Positions 50,290 to 61,132 of a DNA stretch of 64,000 nt are shown one piece after another. This DNA comes from Malacoraja senta (taxonomy: Eukaryota), in the NCBI GenBank assembly GCA_038087875.1, contig CM075991.1, forward strand, positions 1,674,001 to 1,738,000, in the 5' to 3' direction. The translations under genes and the position numbers were made by a program. How positions within the stretch are numbered: position 1 is the stretch's first letter; each line of letters opens with the position of its first letter. The notes under the pieces were generated by a model. That model ran no database searches and had not been told where the DNA came from. It worked only from the letters and a program-made list of their open reading frames with translations.

Positions 50290-51998
50290 AAAATCAGGAG
50301 GCAGCTCGAATGTCGGCGAAACATCACTCCCTGATGAGCTCAATGCGTTCCACGCACGCTTTGATAGGGAGAACCGATGTGCCTTCCCGAGCCCCCATTC
50401 GCTGTGATTGTATTTCAGTCTCAGTCACAGAGGCCGACGTCAGGAATTCCTTCAGAGGGGTGAAACCTCGAAAAGCGCCTGGACCTGATGGTATACCTGC
50501 TCGTGTTCTAAAAACCTGTGCGGATCAACTGGCTGGAGTTTTTACGGACATTTTCAACCTCTCACTTCTGAGGTCTGAGGTTCCCACCTGCTTCAAAAGG
50601 GCATCAATTATACCAGTGCCCAAGAAGAGTAAGGTGACGTGCCTCAATGACTATCGACCTGTGGCACTAACGCCTGTGGCGATGAAGTGCTTTGAGAGGT
50701 TGATCATGACGCAGATCAACTCCTACCTCGACAAAAACCTGGACCCACTGCAGTTCGCTTACCGCCACAACAGATCAACGGTGGATGCGATCTCGCTGGC
50801 CCTCCACTCCGCTCTGGACCACTTGGACTACAAAAACTCATATGTCAGGCTGTTATTCATCGATTACAGCTCGGCATTTAATACAATCATCCCCTCCAAG
50901 CTGGTTACCAAACTCGCAGAACTGGGTATCTGCGCATCCCTCTGCAATTGGATCCTCGACTTCCTCACTCTCAGACCACAGTCTGTTTGTATTGGTGGAA
51001 ATGTGTCAGACTCGATAACAATCAGCATGGGAGCACCTCAAGGCTGCGTGCTCAGCCCCCTGCTGTACTCACTCTATACTCATGACTGCGTAGCCGGACA
51101 TAGTGCGAACTCCATCATCAAGTTCGCTGACGACACCACTGTTGTGGGACGTATCACTGATGGGGATGAGTCAGAATATAGAAGAGAGATCGAGCAACTG
51201 TCCATATGGTGCCAGCACAATAACCTGGCCCTCAACACCAGCAAAACCAAGGAACTGATTGTGGACTTTGGAAGGAGTAGGATGGGGACCCACAGTCCCG
51301 TTTATATCAACGGGTCGATGGTTGAAAGGGTCAAGAGCTTCAAATTCCTGGGCGTGCACATCTCTGAAGATCTTTCCTGGTCCGAGAACACTGATGCCAT
51401 TATTAATAAAGCACATCAGCGCCACTACTTCCTGAGAACATTACGGAGAGTCGGTTTGTCAAGGAGGACTCTCTCTAACTTCTACAGGTGCACAGTAGAG
51501 AGCATGCTGACCGGTTGCATCGTGGCTTGGTTCGGCAACTTGAGCGCCCTGGAGAGAAAAGACTACAAAAAGTAGTAATCACTGCCCAGTCCATGATCGG
51601 CTCTGACCTCCCTACCATCGAGGGGATCTATCACAGTCGCTGCCTCAAAAAGGCTGGTAGTATCATCAAGGACCCACACCATCCTGGCCACACACTCATC
51701 TCCCTACTACCTTAAGGTAGAAGGTACAGGAGCCTGAAGACTGCAACGACCAGGTTCAGGAATAGCTACTTCCCCACAGCCAACGGGCTATTAAACCTGG
51801 CTTGGACAAAACACTGAACTTTATTAGCCAATTAACTGTTATTTGTACTTTATCAGTATATTGATTCATGTGTGTATATATTTATAGAATGCCTTGTAAT
51901 CAATGCCTACTATGTTCTGTTGTGCTGAAGCAAAGCAAGAATTTCATTGTCCTACCAGGGACACATGCCAATAAACTCACTTGACACTTGACTTGACT
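50290..51998 (+). mobile_element. Rex1/Babar LINE, 5'-truncated (RT ORF 50310-51575)
   Basis: [28 protein letters not shown] and [10 protein letters not shown] motifs; AATAAA plus CTTGA-repeat tail. Confidence 0.95.
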
Positions 51999-52188
51999 AG
52001 CACTGGCAATAAATAAATAAATAAATAAAGCGAAGCTTTCCAGCCCCCTATCTCATTGGCCACGCTCGGCTGCAAATCGGTGTCAATCTGGTGGACCATC
52101 TTCCTCTAGTCATGGGGGTGGGGTATTGGGGGGGGGGGCCTCACAAGTGGAACAACTTAGGGCCTCTCTTCATCCAAATCCAGCCCTG

Positions 52189-52762
52189 CAAGCCAGGTAT
52201 CAGGGTGTGGAGGAATCTGTGGAACCCTGTATTGCAGACGACGTGGATTTTCAACTTCTCTCCAGCGTCTATCCTTCCCTGGAGATGGCTGACTATGATT
52301 CCTGATCAAGTGAGTCGGGAGGGTTTTAATTCCCCGAACATTAGGGGCTAAATATCCCATGGTGGAGGTCCCAATCCAATTCGGAAATAGGGATTTGTCG
52401 CCACATATCCAGAAGAGCACATGCTAAACAACCGAAGGATACCATTCAGTTTGGTTGTTGCAAATTAACTTCCAGAGAACAGCCTGTGGGCGTGTGCGTA
52501 TGTATGCGTGCCATGGAATACTGCATGCGCACCCCAATCTCAGTGGACTAAGAGCTGAAGGTATCCCAATTACATCTTTCGTGACATTTTGCTGCTTAAC
52601 TAATGTATCGGACGTCCACCAATACGAAGTGTCACCATAATTGATGTTATAAGGTCTCTGGCAGTGGAAAGTGGAATTAATGACGCCGAGATGTTTAAAA
52701 TCATTATTGATGGTAGTGTTTATGCAAATTTTGGGGCCCCACGATAGCATCCCCATGAACAT
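52189..52762 (-). pseudogene. env: ERV env: partial SU, furin site and fusion peptide
   Basis: FWICGDKSLFPNWIGTSTMGYLAP; RRWR cleavage site; after a frameshift, TGFHRFLHTLIPGL, which joins GVNELEKAI across the hAT insertion. Confidence 0.82.
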
Positions 52763-52764
52763 GA

Positions 52765-53455
52765 AGGGTGTTCGGAAAAGGGGCTAGTAAACTCATACGT
52801 AATTTCATTGGCCTCCCCATTTCTATCTCATATTGAGTTAACACTGTACACTGATTAGGGCTAGATCTCATTAGCATTACGGCTAATGGCAAGGCTTCAG
52901 GCCACTTTAAACCTGTCTCATTACATAATTCAGCCAATTTAGTCTTGAGTATCCTGTTTGTGTTTCCATTGTCCCTGAGATTGTGGGTGAAATGGGCAGG
53001 ATAAATGTGGTTGCACTGAAGTCCATTCATTAGTTCCTTTACAACTAAACCAGTAAAGTGGGATTATTTGCCACTTTACATAACCTCTGGAATGCCAAAT
53101 CTTGGTACTACTTCTCTCAGTAGCACCTTGGGTACTGTTGTGGCATCACTGCGGCAAGTGGGGAAGGATTCCACCCAACTGGAAAACAAGTCTACAATTA
53201 CCAACACATACATCTTACTCATACATTCAGGCATTTGTATAATCTATTTGACTATAAACAAAAGGTCCCCATGATTGGGGTTACAAAGCAGGCTGTACAC
53301 TGGGAGTTTTCCCCATGTTATACTTTTGGCATGTCATACACTTAGCAGTAACTCTATCAGCAAAAGCAGCAAAACCTGGCGCATAACAGGTTGCTTGAAT
53401 AATACCATTCATCTCCCCTTTGGCAACATGTGTGAACTGATGACACACATGTGCC
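52765..53455 (-). pseudogene. pol: ERV integrase remnant (class I, epsilon/gamma-like)
   Basis: HQFTH...CMTCQKYN (HHCC), YVLVIVDLFSSWVESFP, PRFGIPEVI and NRILKTKLAELCNETGLKWPEALPLAVMLMR. Confidence 0.88.
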
Positions 53456-54555
53456 AACCAGGGTAGGAGTTGCCCACACCGCTGTCGAGGCACTGCACTG
53501 CCTCCCACCACTGGTCTGCTTACAGGTCCTCCTTCCACTGTGTGAGGAGCTGAGACGTCCTGGTGGGGCCCACAGTGCGGGTCCTCGGCCCATGGCGGGC
53601 ATGCTGGGCCAAGATTGGCAATCAATATGCAGGTAGCATGGAAAAAACAGGTTGCTACTGGACCCCAAGAGAGCAAATTTGTAGAGTGCCTCAATAATGA
53701 GTTTTTAGAGCAGCTTGCAATTGAGCATACCAGGGAAAAGGAAACTCTGGATTTGGTATTGTGTAATGAACCAGATTTGATTAGGGAACTTAAGGTAATG
53801 GAAGCACTCGGAGATAGTGAAAATAAGGTGATAAAATTCAACCATCAATTTGAGAGGGAGAAGATGAAATTGGATGTGTCAGTATTACTATTGAGGAATG
53901 GTGACCACAGTAGCATGAGGCAGGAGCTGGCAAAAGTTGATTGGAAAGGGACCCGAGCTGGAATGACAATGGAACAGCAATGACAGAAATTTCGGGGAAT
54001 AATTCAGAAGATGTAGGATCTTTTCATTCCAAAGAGGAAGAAAGATTCTAAGAGTAAAATGAAATGACCGTGGTGACAAGGGAAGTCAGAGACAGTAAAA
54101 AACTAAAAGAAAAGGGATATAACATTGAAAAAATTTGTAGAAAGCTAGAGGATTAGGAAGCTTTTAAAATAACAACAGAAGGTAACTAAAAAGGCAATAT
54201 GGGAGAAAAGATAAAATATGAATGCAAGCTAGATAATAATATAAAAGAGGATAGCAAAAGTATCTTCAGATACATAAAGTGTAAGAAAGAGACAAGAGTG
54301 GACATTGGACCACTGGAAAATTATGCTGGAGAAGTGATAATGGGGAATAAATAAATGGTAGATGAATTGAATACATTTTTTGCATCAATCTTCACAGTGG
54401 AAGGCACCAGCACTGTGCCTGAAATACAAGAGAGTTAGGAGGTAAAAGTTAGCGTAGTGGCTATTACCAAGGAGAAGGTGCTTGGGAAGCTGAACGGTCT
54501 AAAGGTGGATAAGTCACCTGGACCGGATGGACTGCACCCCAGGGTTCTGATAGAG

Positions 54556-54745
54556 AAACTCAGCGGGTGCAGCAGCATCTATGGAGCGAAGGAAATAGGC
54601 AACGTTTTGGGCCGAAACCCTTCTTCAGGTTTCGACCCGAAACGTTGCCTGTTTCCTTCGCTCCATAGATGCTGCTGTACACGCTGAGTTTCTCCAGCAT
54701 TTTTGTGTACCTTCGATTTTCCAGCATCTGCAGTTCCTTCTTAAA
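54556..54745. mobile_element. Fold-back Penelope pseudo-LTR insertion
   Basis: Inverted arms of ~67 bp; 16-bp TSD CAGGGTTCTGATAGAG (54540-54555, 54746-54761). Confidence 0.92.
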
Positions 54746-55636
54746 CAGGGTTCTGATAGAGGTGGCTTTAGAGATTTGAGGCATTAGTAGTGATATTTCA
54801 AGAATCACTAAAATCTGGAATGCTTCCAGTCGATTGGAAAATTGCAAATATTACTCCGCTATTCAATAATGGAGCAAAAAAAGAGTGGAAACACTTGGCT
54901 GACTTCAGTGGTTGGTAAGATTAGCGAGTCCAAAGGATGAGGATTCCGAGTACAGTATTTAAAAACACATGATAAAATAAGCCAAAATTAGCATGGTTTT
55001 GTGAAAAGGAGATCTAGCCTGATGAACCTGTTGGAATTCTTTGAGGGATTAAATAGCAGGATAGACAAAGGAAAGTCAGTGGATGTTGTTTACCTGGATT
55101 TTGAGAAGGACTTTGATAAAGTGCCATGCGTGAAGCTGCAAAAGATGATGAGAGCCCATGGTATCGGATTGAGGGAAGATACTAGCATGGATAGCAGGTT
55201 GGCTGGAGGACAGAAGGCAAAGAATGGCAATATAGGTGGCTTTTTCTGGTTGGCTGCCAGTGACTAGTGGTGTTGCGCCTACTAGGTGGAGAGACAGGTC
55301 GTGCAGAGAAAGCAGGGCTTCTGCAGACAGACTTAGACAAGTTGGGAGAGAGGGTAATGAAGTGGCAGATGGAATACAGTGTAGCAACGTGTTGACTCAT
55401 GCATTTGGTCATAGGAATAAAGGCGTAGACTATTTTCTAAATGGGGAGAGAAATCAGAAATTGCCTTGGGAGAGCTGGTGCAGAATTCTCAAAAGGATGC
55501 AAGTTCAATTGGTAGCAAGGAAGGCAACTGGAATGCTAGGATTGATTTCGAGAGGATAGAATATAAAAACAAGGAGGTAATACTGAGGCTTTATAACGCA
55601 CAGCTCACACCACATTTGGAGTATTGTGAGCAGTTT

Positions 55637-56520
55637 TGAGTTTGAGTTTAGTTTATTGTCACATGACAGGTACAGTGAAAATCTTTTGTTGCGTGCTAAC
55701 CAGTCAGCAGAAAGACAATACAAGATTACAATCATGCCATCCACAGTGTGCAAATACATTATAAAGGGAGAACATGAATAACGTTTAGTGCAAGATAAAG
55801 CCAGTAAAATCTGATTTTAAATAGTCTGAAGGTCTCCAATGAGGTAGATAGTTCAGTACTACTCTCCAGTTGTTGGTAGGATGGTGCAGTTGCCCGATAA
55901 CAGCTGAGAAGAAGCTGTCCCTGATCTGGACATGTGCGGTTTCACAGTGCTGTACCTTTTGCCTGATGGGAGGGAGGAGTAGAGGAAGTTGCTAGGGTGC
56001 AACTTGTCCTTGATTATAATGATGGCCTTGCAGAGGCAGCTTGCGGTGCAAATGAAGTGCATGGAAAGGAGGTTGGTTTGGGTGATGGACTGGGCTGTGT
56101 CCACAATTCTCTGAAATGTCTTGTGTTCTTGGATGGAGCTATTCCCAAATCATGCTGTAAAGCATCCTGTTAATATGCCTTCTATGCTGCATCTGTACAA
56201 GTTGGTGTGAGTTGTTGGGGACATGCCGAATTTCCTAAGACCTCTAAGAAATAGAGTCGTCAGTTTGCTTTCTTGGCCATTGCTTCAACATGGGTGGTCC
56301 TGGGGTGTTGTTGGTGATATTTACTCCTAGGAGTTTGAAGCTTTCAACCATTTCTACTTCGGCACCGTCAATGCACACCGGGGTATGTGCACCGCTTCGC
56401 ATCTTGAAGTCGATCACCATCTGCTTTAAATTGGCAAATGGCTGCAGGGTCGTTGGTGTAAAGGAGCAAATAAGGAGGCTGAGAACTCATCCTTGCAGTG
56501 CACCAGTCGATGATGTCCCC
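55637..56520 (-). mobile_element. Degenerate Rex1-type LINE 3' fragment
   Basis: AQSITQTNL...IIKD...LPSGKRY; tail at ~55637-55665. Confidence 0.75.
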
Positions 56521-57499
56521 TATCCTCACATATATGATGAAGGATATGCTGGCGTCAGAGAGGGTCCAGTGGGGTTTACGAACATGATCCCACTTGATTG
56601 GGTTAACATGTGCTGAGCATTTGATGGCACTGTCTGTACTCGCTGGAGTTTTGGTGGATGAGGGGGACCTCATTGAAACCTACCAAATAGTGAAATGCCT
56701 GGACAGAGTTAATGTGCAGAGGGTGTATCCACCAGTGGGAAAGTCTAGGACCAGAACCATAGCCTCAGAATAAAAAGGGTGCACCTTTAGAAAGGAGATG
56801 ATGAAGAAATTCTTCAATCTCAGTCAGATGGTGGCGAATATGTGGAATTCATTCCCATGGAGGCTGAGGAGGCCAATTCAATGGATATTTTTAAGGCGGA
56901 AATTGAGAGATTATTGATTAGGATGGGTGTTAGGGGTTATGGGGAGAAGGCAGGAGAATGGGGTTGAGAGGGAAAGATAGATCAGCCATCATTGAATAGC
57001 AGAGTAGACTTGATGGGCCGAATGGCTTAATTCTGCTCTTGTAACTTATGATGATCAGCAAAAAATAGTGATGATAAAAAGTACAGTGAACATAAATAAT
57101 TATACAGAAACTTCATCCCCGAGTCAGACCCCGGGCAGTTTGCTTTCTTTCTTTCTTTCTTTCTTTTTTTTCTCCCTCTCCCTCTCCCTCTCCCTCTCCC
57201 TCTCCCCCCGTTTCTCTCCGTATCTCTCTCTCTCCGTACCTCTCTCTCACTATATATCTCTCTCCGTATCTCTCTCTCTCTGCGAATTGTCAGCCATGGT
57301 TTGTACTGGAATGAGGGGAGCCCTGGGTCTATAGACATGGGTTTGTCCTCAAGTTCTGGTTGTCAGGGGTGCTTATGCCATTCCTTCCTGCCAGATGGCT
57401 GAGCCAGTCGGGGCTTCACCTCCCTCTAGTGTTGAGAGGGGCTTTTGCCCATGCAGGGACCCCAAGCAATGGCTTGTACAGCTTGGGCTCCTTCAGCAC

Positions 57500-57925
57500 A
57501 TTCAATAATGTCCTCATTTGTTTGTGTGGCGTGAGGTACCACTGCACCCTGGTCCACAGCTGGCAGGCTCCTTAGATAATGTTCCATTACCGCACGATCC
57601 ACAACTTCCTCAGAGTTATGCCGGTCGGGCTGGAGCCAGCAAGTGGCGAGACTCCTTAGTTGGGGCAGCTCAGGTCAGGAGGATGTTGGGGTGGTACGTC
57701 CAGCCATGGAATTGCTGTGCCATGACCACGGGGAAGAGGCCAAGGCAGTGCAGTACCTCGGTCTGGACGGCATCACAGTCTGCAGTAGCAATAAGTAAGC
57801 CTGCCGGGTCTCACCACTCAGGTATGGAGCCAAGATGTGCATCCAATTCCTGACACCCCCATCCTTCCCTCTCAGCAGTCAGTTGAAATGCATTAAAAAA
57901 ATGCTTAGGTATGCTTGCACATGCA
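57500..57925 (-). pseudogene. Gmr1-type gag remnant with SCAN domain
   Basis: Manual translation across frameshifts: AFQLTAEREGW...HILAPYLSGETRQAY...AQQFHGWTY...LRSLATCWLQPDRHNSEEVVDRAVMEHYLRSLP. Confidence 0.8.
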
Positions 57926-57947
57926 CCCCAGGGCAATGTGCCTTCAC

Positions 57948-59410
57948 TTTTTTTTTAAATTTCAAAATAGACTTTATTCAAGTAATATATATATACAATA
58001 CGTGAACCGTGCAAAACCTTCATCCGACTTTTTCGGAGGCTATACAAATTGTTCAATGCAGTTAATACATTTTTTTCCCCCCAATTCCATAGATCCGTCC
58101 CCCACCCGTGCCACTCATGTGGCCCCCTGGCGTGGGATACCTTCCCTTATTTTGAGGGGCGTTTCCACCATACCGTGCCCCCCACGGCCAGCAGCAGAAG
58201 GACCCTAGACTGTGGCCCTCCCCAACCGAGCCTTGGCGTTGGCTGCACCAAGCTTCAGTGCGTCCCTCAGCACGTACTCCTGCAGTCTGCAGCGGGCCAG
58301 TCGGCAACATTCCCTGACGGACATCTCGCTCTGCTGGGTGGTGAACAACGCTCGGGCAGACCAAATAGCATCTTTCACCGAGTTAATGACCCTCTAGCAG
58401 CACTCGATGTCAGTCTCTGAATGTGTCCCTGGGAACAGTCCGTAAATCACAGAGTCCTCTGTGACGGAGCTGTTTGGGATAAAGTGTTCCAGGGACCTTT
58501 GCATACTTCTCCAGACTCTTTTTGCAAATCCACACTCTGCAAAGAGGTGGGCAACCGTCTCCTCTCCATAGCAGCCGTCCCGAGGGCAGTGTGCGCTGGT
58601 AGTGAGGTTCCGACGGTGCAGGAAGGATCTGACTGGGAGGGCTCCCCTCACCGCATGCCAAGCCAGGTCTTGGTGCTTGTTGGTGGGTTCTGGCGATGAG
58701 GCATTTTGCCAGACAAGCTGGGCAGTCTGCTCTGGGAACCACGCCACCAGATCCATCGAGTCCTTTACTGCAATGCCTGCAGGACGTTCCGAGCTGACCA
58801 CTGCCCAATGGACATGTGGTCAAAGGTGTTGGTCCGGAAGAACCTTTCCACAGACGACAGATGGGGCGGCAATGTCCAGCTGACTGGCACATTGCGTGGC
58901 ATCTGTGCCAGGCCCATCCTTCACAACACCTCAGCAGGTAGTGACACTTGGTGCCCACGTGCCTTGGTTCTACACTCCGCCTGATGCAACCACACACAAA
59001 GGTGGCCATCAGGGTGAGGGCGACGTTGGGCACGCTTTTACCCCCGTTGTCTGCTAACTTGTACATTGTGGCCCGTCGCACCCGGTCTATCCTCGACCCC
59101 CAGATGAACTGGAAGACGGCCCGGGTGATTCCTGTGGCGTAGGAGGGAGGGACAGGCCACACTTGCGCCAAGTACAGCAGCCCCGAGAGCACCTCACACC
59201 TGATGACCACATTTTTTCCAGTTATGGAGAGGGAGCGTTGCTTCCACAGCTCCAGCTTCTTCCCCGCCTTGACTATCCGCTCCAGCCAATTCGTGTTACA
59301 CGCGTCAGCCCCCCCGAACCAGATCCCCAGCACCTTCAAGAAGTCAGGCTTGATGGTGAAGGGGACAGATGTTTGGTCGGGCCAGTTGCCAAAGAGCATG
59401 GCCTCGCTGT
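57948..59410 (-). mobile_element. Tx1-clade LINE 3' portion
   Basis: KVLGIWFG, WKQRSLSITGK and CPRDGC...ETVAHLFAEC (zf-RVT) motifs; AATAAA plus poly(A). Confidence 0.9.
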
Positions 59411-59552
59411 TACAAAGCAGCAGGGATTCCGTTACCCACGCAAAGTTGTGGATCTACTCTTGTGTTCCTGCTGTAGTTCTCAGGCAAATCACTGTTATTC
59501 AATGCTGGTCTCAGATAAATGCCAGATCAGTCCCTCAGGACTCAGGACTCAG

Positions 59553-59812
59553 GCCCACATTCTCCACCAATGTGGCATTGGTCATGACACCACATCAGCA
59601 ATAAACACACTGGAACACACAGTAAGGTGAACTCACAGAATGGGCTTTATTTCACAAATCAAGATCATCCCTCTCCCACATCCCTCTCCCCCAGCGTTTA
59701 TAAGTACAAGGATCAGATGAATTGGTCCAATAACCATTAATCAGATCCAACTGTTGCTCGTTTGCCCGTGGCTGGGAATCGGAGCGGACCTTAAAGTGGA
59801 CATGTTGTCACA
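59553..59812 (-). repeat. 5' LTR (59571-59812) and tRNA-Ala PBS (59553-59569) of the second Gmr1-type element
   Basis: TGTGGCA...TGTCACA termini; PBS TGGTGGAGAATGTGGGC, a near-perfect complement of the tRNA-Ala 3' end. Confidence 0.8.
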
Positions 59813-60690
59813 ATATATAAATGACCTGATGTAAATGTAGATGGGTTGTTGAGTAAGTTTGTTGACTATACTAATATTGGTGGAGTTGCCGATAGTGAGG
59901 AATGCTGCCAGAAGACAGAGCGGGATAAAATGTAAGAAGAGAGTATGCAGTTAATGGCAAGACCAGCAAAAGCATTGATGTGCAGAGGGATCTTGGTGTC
60001 CAATTTCATAGTTTACAGAAGGTGGCAGCAGAAGTAGATAAGGTGGTAAAGGAGATAAATTGTGTGCTTGCCTGCATTGCGAGGGGGATGGAATACAAAA
60101 GTCTGGGAGTCACGATGCAGCTGCATAGGACTTTGGTTAGGCCACATTTGAAGTATTGTCTACAGTTCTGGTCGCCCCACTACCAGAAAGATAGTTCATA
60201 AGATGTGGGGTTTTTCGAGAGGGTGCAGAGGAGATTTACCAGAATGCTACCTAATTAGTTTAGTTTAGTTTATTATTGTCACATACACTCAGGAACAGTG
60301 AACAGCTTTTTGTTGCATGCCATCCAGTCAATGAAAAACCTATACACGATTACAATCATGCTGTCCACAGTGTAGAGGTACAAGATAAAGGGTGCAACAT
60401 TCAGTGCAAGAAAAAGTCTGATAAAGTTTATTAAAGATAGTTCAAAGGTCTCCAATGTGGAAGATGGGAGGTCAGGACTGCACTCTCTCTGGTGAAAGGA
60501 CTTTTCACTTGCCAGTTGTCAGGGTTTCAACGACTTGAATTTGCTTCTCTGGAATGTCAGAGGTTGAGGGGAGACTTGATAGAAGTAAACAAAATTATGA
60601 GAGGCATGGATAGGGTAGATGGTCAGAGCCTTTTATCCAGGGGTGGAAAAGTCCAACACGAGAGGTCATAGCTACAAGAATGGGTATCTT
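59813..60690 (+). mobile_element. Degenerate CR1 with nested Rex1-type tail
   Basis: RPHLKYCLQFWSP motif; same architecture as 42670-43827. Confidence 0.8.
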
Positions 60691-61132
60691 AGGATATCTC
60701 CGAGTTATACAGAAAAGAAACAAGCCCTTTGACCCAGCTAGCCCATGACAACCAAGGTGCCCCATGTGCACTAGTTCCACCTAGCCATATTTGGCCCATA
60801 TTCCTCTGAACCTTTCCTTTCCATGTACCTGCGCGTATGTCTTTAAATGTTATTGTTTCTGCCTCAATTACAGTACCTCCAAGCTCATCTCTTGTACCCA
60901 TCACCGTGTGGTTGGAAAAAGTTCCCCTTCAAATTACTATTAAATATTCCCCTCTTACCTTCAACCTAATTCTCTGGTTCTTGATTCCCCTACTCTGGGT
61001 AATAGACTATCCATTCTATTCATACCCCTCATGATCATATACAACTCTATAAGATCACCTCTCATTCATGCACTCTCCACAGAATACAGTCCTAGCCTGC
61101 CCATCCAGTCATTATAGCCCAGTCCCTCAAGT

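Larger units (their letters stand above)
47454..52188. mobile_element. 4.7-kb composite hAT-like element (same TIR family as 13017-13377)
   Basis: CAGGGCCGGATTT...AAATCCAGCCCTG; 8-bp TSD CAGGCCAG / CAAGCCAG; filled with nested repeats. Confidence 0.88.
53622..57050 (+). mobile_element. Degenerate CR1 LINE with nested Penelope and Rex1 pieces
   Basis: LDLVLCNEP, DKSPGPDGLHPRVL and VYLDFEKDFDKVP motifs; 3' UTR ends ~57050. Confidence 0.88.
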
